Assembly (NCBI GenBank): GCA_050575255.1
Contig: JBNZDD010013714.1
Span: 2,545,044-2,609,043 of the forward strand
Reading direction: 5' to 3'
DNA: 64,000 nt
DNA from: Harriotta raleighana
Lineage: Eukaryota
Of the stretch, positions 39,601 to 49,490 are shown in pieces. The notes beneath the pieces are model-generated. The model did not search any database, was not told where the DNA came from, and worked only from the letters and a program-made list of their open reading frames with translations. A program made the position numbers and the translations under genes. Numbering within the stretch: position 1 is the stretch's first letter; each line of letters starts with the position of its first letter.

Positions 39601-42600
39601 AAAATCTGTTTTGGTTTTGTAGGAAATAGCAGAACCTTTGTTTGACTTGAAGCTGGGAATGGAACAAGTGGCCAAGAATAAAACCTTCAAATGCCTCCTG
39701 GCCACCCTGCTCGCCATCGGAAACTTCCTCAACAGCTCTAATGTAAGGAACAGCTACTAGTCTTATGATAATCCTTACATTTGGTTAAAACACTTTTTAC
39801 CTCTGGTGGGGGTCCCATAGCGTTTCATAGGATATAGTGCGAAGTGGAGCGACTGAGGGTTTCGTGATTTAATAATCGAGCATTCAGCATCTCTTACCCC
39901 CCCTCCCCCATGCTCTGGAACTCTGTCCCGCAATCCCTCCATCTCAACCCCTCTCCTGCCTCCTTCAGGTCCCGTCTAAAGATCTCCCTCTTTGGGCAGT
40001 CTTCCCCCCCCTCCCCCCCCCATCCTCCCTGCCCCCAATCCCCTCCTGACCCCAATCGCCAGCTCAGGTCCAACCCCTAAATGTTCAGCACCCTAAGACG
40101 TCTTTCCAAAGCGAAGGGCACTATATAAGTGTATGTTGTTGTTGTAAAGGTGATCGGCTGGTGTCTGTGTCCCTTTGTCACTATTACGGTCTCAGGTCAC
40201 TCACTAGCCCTGATAACTCTGTTCTCCCTGAAGGCTAAGGGATTTGAGCTGGGTTACCTGGAGAAAGTGTCCGAGGTCAAAGACACTATTCAGAGGCAAT
40301 CGCTGCTACACCACACCTGTAACCTGGTGGTGGAGAACTTCCCAGACACAACGGATGTGTATTCAGAGATCGCAGCAATCACCCGATCGTCTAAGGTATG
40401 TGACAGTGACATCTCATTCCTTCCTATCCAAGGAACGGATGGATGAGTTGATCCTATCTGGGCTTTATCTGTCTACAATTAAATGTGAGCCGTTTGATTT
40501 CACAAACGAATGTAACCAAATAGCATTTCAGCAGTTGGAGTTGGGGAAGAATAGGATTTGATTAGAAAGGACAATTTATTTTTAATTAAGATTTAAAATT
40601 TACTTCAGCCATATGTTGTGCTGTGATGTCTGTCGTCCTTGAATCTTTGAGGTATTGAAGATTTCTCAGTTTGTTCCTTAATTTAATAGTAATAATCCCT
40701 TCGAATTTGATATAGTATCTTATCACGTCATTGAGACATCTCAAAGCGTTTCACAGAATATATTGTAAAGTGGATCGACCGTATATTTTGTAGTGAAATC
40801 CAGCAGCTGATTTCACACAGCAGGGACCCACAAACAGTCATGGATTGAGTGACCACATTTTTCAACAATTTTTGGGGAGGAGGGATTCTTACCCCCTGGA
40901 CAGTGATCCATCAATCGACTAAGGACTAGCACGTTATTTAGATAACTATCCTAATCCAGTGTCATGGTTCTCGTGCTAACCCTTTACTATGTCACAGATT
41001 TTTACCTTGTGTCCCCACTCCAGCGTTTCACAGCTGGAAGCAGATCCCGTGTTGAGCGTGTCACTCTCTCTGTGCTCACAGGTTGACTTCGATCAATTGT
41101 CGGAGAATCTGGTTCAGTTGGAGCGGAAGTGCAAGGCCTCGTGGGACCACCTGAAAGTGATAGCAAAGCACGAAACCAAACCCGTCCTGAAGAATAAAAT
41201 GACCGAGTTTCTGAAGGAGAGTACGGAGAGGATCATCATTCTCAAAGTGGTACACCGGAGGATTATAAACAGGTCAGACTTTGTCTCTCTCTTTCCCTCT
41301 CTCTCTCTGTCTCTCTCTTGAACCCCAATAGAGAACGTTTCCCCAACAGTGCGAGCTGAGCGTTGCATGTTAAATAACAGGATGGGTAACACCTCGGAAC
41401 AAAGATAAGATATGAAGTGTGCCTCTCCCCCAGGAAACCACTCAAATGATCCCCTGACTGTGACTGCATCATGAGTCAGGTTCACGTACACTGGGTTCCC
41501 TTTGGGACCTGCACGGGTTTCCTGGGTCAGACGCTATTTTGTGCTGCCAAAGTCTCAACGAGCTGTTTTTAAACCCCAAAGTGTGAATGAGTGGTGTTTG
41601 TGTGTGTGTATTAAAAAAAATGCACCCACACAAGCACAGAGCATTTCCTAAACTGTCCATACCNGTGAATGAGTGGTGTTTGTGTGTGTGTATTTAAAAA
41701 AATGCACCCACACAAGCACAGAGCATTTCCTAAACTGTCCATACCCTAGCCAAGTAAACAGTCAATTCATTTTCCAGTATATTCTGTGAAGTACATTGAG
41801 ATGTCTCGACTAGATAAGGCACTACTGTATATGTAACGCAAGGAGAATTAGAGAGTGCTGGTTTGGTTGTTGTGCTGTAGCGTCATCTTGTGGTTGAGCT
41901 TGTCACTTGCACATTCAAAGTTCTTGCCCTTTCACACTAAACCTGCTCCTGCAGTGCGACTAGGGATGGGAGCAGTCTCTTTCCATGCAAGTCATTCATG
42001 TGCGCAGTTCACAGACACACTTTGTAATTATGTCTAAAGGCTGTCCTTTATGGCTCTAGACCATGGTGGCCAATCTTTTCGTTGGCCAACAACATCATAG
42101 AAATAATAAAATAACTCTGATTTATGCCATAAATCAAGAACTATTGATTTATCAAGAAGCATTTATTTTGTTGACCAACTGAATAAATGTTGCTCTAGCC
42201 AGTGAGTGTCACAGCATAGGCAACAGGTGTGGGGAGGATATAATATATTACAATCAATCAGTCAATCAAAATTACATTTATATAGCGCTTTTCACGTCAG
42301 TAGGACGTCCCAAGGTGCTGTAAAGTCAAGTAGGGATCAGAGCACAGGGGGAGGGATCGGGGGAAGGAAAATAGGAAAAATTGACTGTATATTTGTGGGT
42401 GAAAATGCAGCAGCCAAATTGCGCACAGCAATAAGAATAATAATTAATAATAATAACAATAATAATAATCCTTGCATTTGATATAGTGCCTTATCAGGTC
42501 ATTAACAGCGCCACAAAATACACAGTAAAGTGAATTGATTGTATTTTGTGGACGAAACACAATAAATAATATTATTATTAATAAATATGTACACAATTGC

Positions 42601-45600
42601 CTGCTGTGTTTTGCCATTAAAATATATGATGAATTCACTTTACAGTATGTTCTGTGAAGCGTTTTGAGACATCTTGAAGACATGATTATATTTGTGTGTG
42701 TTTGTGTGCATGTGTATATATTAAGTTCAATGCCTTGTAAAGTGCCTTTCACGTCGGGAGAACATCCCAAGGCATTGAACAGTCAGGGATCAGGACCCGA
42801 GCATAGTGGGAGAGGGGGCAGGCAGGTTTCGAATGAGGAAGGGGAGAGGGGTGGGGGTGCGGCTGAAGGCACGATAAAAAAGAGGGTCTTGAGACAGGCC
42901 TTGAATGAGGCAAGGGAAGGAGCGAGGGAGGGAATATATAATAAGAATAAGAATAATAATCCCTGCATTTGAATTATTTATTGATATCTCAAAGTGCTTC
43001 ACAGAATATACTGTAAAGTGAATTGACTAGATATATTGTGGGCGAAACGCGGCAGCCATTGTGCACAGCAGCGTCCCACAAACAGTCATGGATTGAAAAT
43101 GATCAATTTTTATTATTGTGGTTTTTTGGGGATTATTATTGGGTGTTTGGAGTATGTAAACTTGCCCAAGGTTTCGCCCTGATCTGCCCGGATTCGAACA
43201 CAGGTCTCACGCTTGTAAGCCGAGTGCGATAACCACTGAGCTACAGGAGCTCACAAATACACATACATATGTTCCACCCCACCCCCCACCACACGCACAC
43301 ATACACACGTGCATATATCATGTGCCCTTACTTTCCAGCATGAAGACCAATTGTAGTTTCGCTTCTGTTGTCCCAGCTGAGCTCAATTTGTACCCACAGA
43401 CATTGTGCTAATGTACCCTCACCATTGTCTGTCTGTTGCTTTGCAGATTTCATTCCTTTCTGCTATATCTCGGCCACCCCTCGAACTCTGCCCGAGACCT
43501 GAAGGTCACCAGGTTCTGCAAGATAATCAGCGAGTTTGCACTAGAATATCGCACTACCAGGGAGAGAGTCCTGCAACAGAAGCAGAAGCGGGCAGCCTAT
43601 CGCGAGAGGAACAAAACCAGAGGCAAAATGATCACAGAGGTGAGTGCGCTCCCATCCAACTCATCTTTTACACACGGGATAAACTGTGCAAATATCTTGC
43701 AAGTGTGCCATCTGTGCATTTCAGTAACACTTCAGCAACACAGGCATATATCTAAAAGGCCAGAGCCACAGTATTCACAGCAACTTGCATTTATGCAGCT
43801 CCCATCACACAGGATAGAGTCTCGAAGAGCTATACAGTGGTGAAGCTGGACGCTAAGAAAGGGAGGACGAGAGGAAAGTCACCATAGGGAAAGTTGAAGA
43901 GGTGAATTTAAAGGGCAAGGCAGAGGGATAGAGGAAGGGAGCCACAGAGGTATAATGGTTGAAGACGCAATCATTGGATAGTGGTATGGAGGGTTCGTAG
44001 AAAGGCAGCAGGCCTGAACCAACTGGGTAAAAGAGACAGGTAAAGGAATGGCTGATCAGACTGGTAATAATAATAATACTAATCCTTGCATGTGATATCG
44101 CGCTTTTCACATCTTACCGACTGTGTCTCAAAGTGCTTCGCAGAATATACTGCAAAGTGAATTGACTCTATATTTGTGGGCGAAATAGTTGTAATAATAG
44201 GGAGGTGCATACATGGGTGTCGAGGGATTTGTAGTGATTATAATGTTTCAGTGAGAGCTAATACCGCAGAAATTTGAAGGTTGAGGTTACAGATTGAGCG
44301 ACTACGAGTGGAGTCAGCTATGGCATGAACATTCACTGTGTGTTTCCAAAGTGAGTCCATAAATTCCTGGCTGGCAGTTTTACTTCAGGACTTAGGGGAC
44401 ACTGCACTTTTATCGCGGAATCTCGGCTGAAATGTTCCTTTCAAGGAGAAGCCTGGGGAGCCAAGAGAAAACAACTCGGAAACCCTGAACAGCTTGACCC
44501 GGGTCCACCTATTATCCCACAATAGGGATCCTGGTAGATCAGAGAAAAATGTTGTCAGATAAGTGTCTGTTTTTGGTCCCTAGTGCTCCTCGAAAATTGG
44601 GGCCAATTTTGTGACTGTAAACCAAGGATCAGGAAGTCACGTACCATTTCATGGCTATTACATCCCAGTTGACTGACTGCATCTCGGTTATCAACAAGGT
44701 CATCTAGTTAATTAAAATTGTGGGTGGGTGTGCGAGCAGGAAACTTGTGAGATTTACATTTTTAACTCTCTCTCTTCCCCAGCTCTCTCTTCCCCAGCTC
44801 TCTCTTTCTCGCGCTCTCTTCTAACACTGTTACGCTTCCCACAGCAATCAGTTCAGTTCAATGAGGTTCATTGACATCTGTAGCCAACAGCTAGACATAC
44901 ACTCTGGTGGCTATTGCTTTACAATGAATGGGGCAAAATCAGAAGATGCCAGCCTGGTGGGAAGGTGAACATCATTGCTGACAGCTAATTTGAGGCACCT
45001 TGGAATTGGCTTCAGCTTTACAGAAGTTGAAACACGCGCTTCATACATTGAAAACAGCAACAAAACTACATTTGTAGAGCGCCTTTCATGTCTGGAGGAG
45101 CAATGAAGGGGTGAGGGGAGGCAAAAAGGTGGGAGAGCAGCTGAAGGCACTTCATGAAGGAGGATCGTGAGACTGGCCTTGACGAAGGCAAGGGAGGAAG
45201 CGAGGCGAAGGGATTGTGGGATCAAGTTCCGGAGTGCGTGGGTAGAGAAAGCCCGGCCACTGATGGTGGGGGTGGGGTGGACGGGAGACATGGAGCAGAC
45301 TGGAGCCCATTGAATGGAGGGGACGGGCAGGCTGATAGGGAGTCAGCATGTTGGAGAGATAGGAGGGGACAAGGCCGTGGATGGCCTTGAAAGCGAGGAC
45401 AAGGATCTTGAGTTATAGAAAATTCTCTCTCTCTCTGTATATCTCTCTATCTCTGAAGTAAGGTGGTAGAAACAGAGCCTATCTTGAGTTTCAAGATAGA
45501 AAGTGGACCAATATTTGAAAGTTAGAGGCTTGAAGGGATCAAGGCAGACTTGTGGGTTTGAAAGCACACGTTGCTCTGAGAGACAATCGAGGCTTGATGG

Positions 45601-48600
45601 GTTGAAAGACCTCCTTTTACGCTATACATTTCTACAATTGTACTCGACAGACCAACCACACACTAACTGCCTGGTCTAGGGAGGAAGGATGTAAGCTCCT
45701 TGCCCAGGGCCAGTTAAGGACAACACACTTTCAAACTGTTTCTTTAATGAGAACTAATACAGTCCTTCATTCACAGCTTGAAGCACGTTATCACTTCTCA
45801 TGGATTCTGTTAAGCTGCGTCGAGTTGGCCCAAAGCAATTTACCTCTTTAATTTGCACTGAGGATGTCTCTTTCCTGCGACAAGATCATCCATCTGCTTA
45901 CATTAGGCTAAATCGTTAGGGTTATTATAGTAATTAGTATAATAAGCTGCACTTCTTTCGAGCCTGTTGCTGCTTTGCTGTTTCCAGTGCAATGATAGTT
46001 TGTGAAGAAAGAGAGCAGCACTCAAAGAATTTTTGCAAACGTTTCCCATTCATTTGTTGATTGCTTCACAGTGCGAGGTAAACCATGTTGAATCCAGGTG
46101 TCCAGTTAGGTAACAAGTCTCTAGCTGTTTTCTGCAAGAACAAGATGACAGCTTACATGCGTGCCCAGCCCCCTTCGCTCAGCAGGCTCTGGCCTACTCC
46201 ACGTCCACCGACCCACCCGCACCTCCCCGCCCCCCCACATTGGCGGCCGAGCCTTCAGCCACTCTGCCGCGAACTTCTGGAACTCCATCCCGCAATTCCT
46301 CCGCCTCGCCCCCTCCCTGGTCTCCTTCAAGTCTAACCTCAAGAGTCTCCTCTTCAATGGACCCTTTGACAACTCCTATTCCCCCCCCTTCCCTCTGTCA
46401 CCCCCTGTTCTCAGCTCGGGTCTGAAGCAGTAACTGTCCAGCGCCTTGGGACGTCCTCCTGATGTGAAAGGCGCAATACAAGTGTAATTTTGTTGTTGTC
46501 TCAAAAGCACTTCACAGCACTGGGTAGGGTTTGAGGCTTCCAGCTTTCTGGTTTCAGGGTGTCCCATTTCTTATTTTTCCTCTCCTCTCCCTTGAGGACG
46601 TGCATCCAGTCATGAAATAATCTCTTGGTCTTTCTGACAGCCACGTATCTGGGAGGAGGGGCCTTGGATAAGAGAGACTCAAACTGCTGATCATCTGATT
46701 GGAAAGCAACACCTATTGTCCTATCGTTGAATTTTCCACCTGTGCCTCTGGACAGATTATTCCGGATCCTCGATACTTTTCCTTCTTTCAGAACAACAAA
46801 TAAATATTTTTTTTTGCCCGTTGTTTTCAATGACAGTTTTACATGTAGAAAACTGGGAGCTGGTTTCCTATGTGCCCTCAACATTTACGCAAAGAGTTTT
46901 GCTTTACAAAAGCAAGAGTTTCCGACCAATAAGTGGGTCAGCGGAGTGGGCTCTTGATTGGAATCTTCCTCCCTGAGCTCGTGGGATAAGGGGAAAGTTG
47001 CTCCTGTGAATAAGGAGTGATTGGGTGCCGCATTTCGCCCTCAAATATAGTCAATTCACTTTACAGTATATAGTGTGAATCACTTTGAGACATCTGCGAA
47101 GATGTGAGAAGCGCTATATCAAATACAAGGATTATTATTATTATTAGAGTGTTTGCGTGTGTGCGTGCTTCCAGAGTGTAAATTGTCTCTCTGCTTTGAC
47201 ATTTGGCATTGGGCTGGTGTGCTGGCTTATTCTGATCCAGTCAGTCTGACCTGAAGGAAATTGGTTTTGTTTGTTTATTTTGGAGAGTTTTAATGGATGA
47301 GATTTGTTTTTCTGAAGGAAAGAAAGAAAGAAACAAACGAAAAGCCTTTTGATTGACCTGATCCATTTTAAACGCAATTTCACAGTGCTTGTTTAGCCAA
47401 CGTCTTTTTAGAATTTGGAATTGCAAATTAACTCATTAAGAAAAAAACTACTGGCTGCCCCAGCACTAATCGTTCACTAACATTCCTGGCTCAAGTCATA
47501 GTTTTATGGTGCACAGAGTGTTCTGTTCTCCTTCATCAAATAAAACGACATTGCAATTAGCAATGTACATGATTAAAGGGATCCGTTACCTTGGTAAATC
47601 AATGGAGGTATTTTATTAAGTGTTTGACTAGCACCAAATCATGAACGGTTAGGGATCAAATATTATCATATCTGGTGTGGGATGTGTCGCTGAAATATGT
47701 CCTATTAAACTATTTTCATTCTGGAAAATATTACAAGTTTTCCATCTGATCATAAGATTGGTTTAGGTGAAGAGGACCCTTTGGTTACCTGAACACAGCA
47801 GAAAACCCCCTCTCCAAACACTGCGTCAAGCTGTTTTAGCTTCAACCATGATGGACGTGAGCAGAATGATGTGTGAGAAGTTACTCAATTAGAATTACAA
47901 GTGTGGAGTCCTGTACTTTGTTGGTTAGAGTAATCGCCTCGCAAGCACAGGTTTGATCCCCGGGCAGGGCAAAATCTAAGGCAAGTTTCCTTACTCCACA
48001 CGTCTCTGTTTATGTGCAGTAAGTAAGAACCCGGTTGTTAGTCAATTGGTGGATCGCTTTCCAGGGATAATCTGGTCACTTCAAACCACAACTGTTTGTG
48101 AGACATTGCTGTGCGCAGTTGGTTGCCACGCTCCACCCACAACATATACAGTCAATTCACTCTACAGGATATTCTGTGAAGCGCTTTGAGACATTCCAAT
48201 GACGTGATAAGTCGCGATATCAAATATTATTATTATTACTACTGCTACAAGCCGAATGAGTAACCGAGTCCCTATATTTGGTGTTTGTTCTTGCAGACAG
48301 CAAAGTTCTCTACAGCAGCCAGCAGCACTGCTAGCAGCTTGGCTTCTGGCTTGGCAGATCAACAGGTCCAGCCACATGAGGAGCACGAGAACATGAAGAA
48401 TATCTTGTCCACCCCAGAGCCGCAGACTCGAAGGAGCAGAGGCAACAGATGTGAGTTATGTTTTTCTTCCCCTTTTGCCTGTCTGCTGCAACCCCTTTCC
48501 AAACGCCAAACGCCCCCCCTTCCCACCACCATCACTCCCAATCGATTCATTAATCTACTATCCTGTATGAAATGAGCAGAATTCTTTGCTGCCAGCAAAG

Positions 48601-49454
48601 GTGCTGCGGTTCCTCTGATTCGAACAGAAATCCACTGAAGCCACTAAACCTAAACTCAAGGCTATTTGTTTGGATTCCAAGGAGGTCCTACAGAATACAA
48701 TGAGCATGACGAATGGTCAGCACCCATTGGAAATCTGCCTTGAGATACATCAATACAGCAATGTTGCACCAGGAGATACAATGCACAAGAGCACAGGCAC
48801 TTTTGTAGATGTATAGTACCTGTTGCACTGTCCCTGTCTCTGTCTCTTTGATCGATATGCTATAATGTAATAATAATAACCCTTGTATTTATTATAGCGC
48901 CTTATTACGTCTTTGAGGCATCTCAGAATATGCTGTAAAGTGAATTGACTAGATTTTGTGGCCGAAACGTGGCAGCCAATTGCGCATGGAAGTGCCCCAC
49001 AAACAGTGGTGGATTGAGAAACCAAATTTTATTTTTCAGGGGATGTATTAAAAGAAGCTGGGTTTAATGATACATTAAATGTATTTATTTCTCTTGCGCC
49101 ATAAAGCTATCGGGACACTGAGCCCAACGAACACCTTGCCCCTTAAAGACGAGATGGCGAGTCCAGCCGATGACGCCACTGATGAAATCATGGACCGTCT
49201 GGTGAAATCTGTGACGCAGAATCCCAACGAGCGACCGTCCACACCCAAGGAACGCAAGAGGTCACGAGCCAACAGGAAATCCTGTGAGTATCATCCAACA
49301 ACAACAACTTTGATTTAAATAGCGCCCTCCATGCCAGACGGTGACTCAGAGCTCTTCATCATCCACTGCCGATTTCCCTTACCGCAAGGGTTATGAGATT
49401 ATTTTCTGCTCAAGACGTTGTAGGCCTAGGAAAATAAAGCCATGTTTGCTTTTT

Positions 49455-49490
<36 letters not shown>

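Noticed and set aside
45661-45696. CACTAAC branch point + AG, 11 nt, gtaagc donor
   Set aside because: 11 nt breaks the frame, there is almost no pyrimidine tract, and I found no compensating exon.
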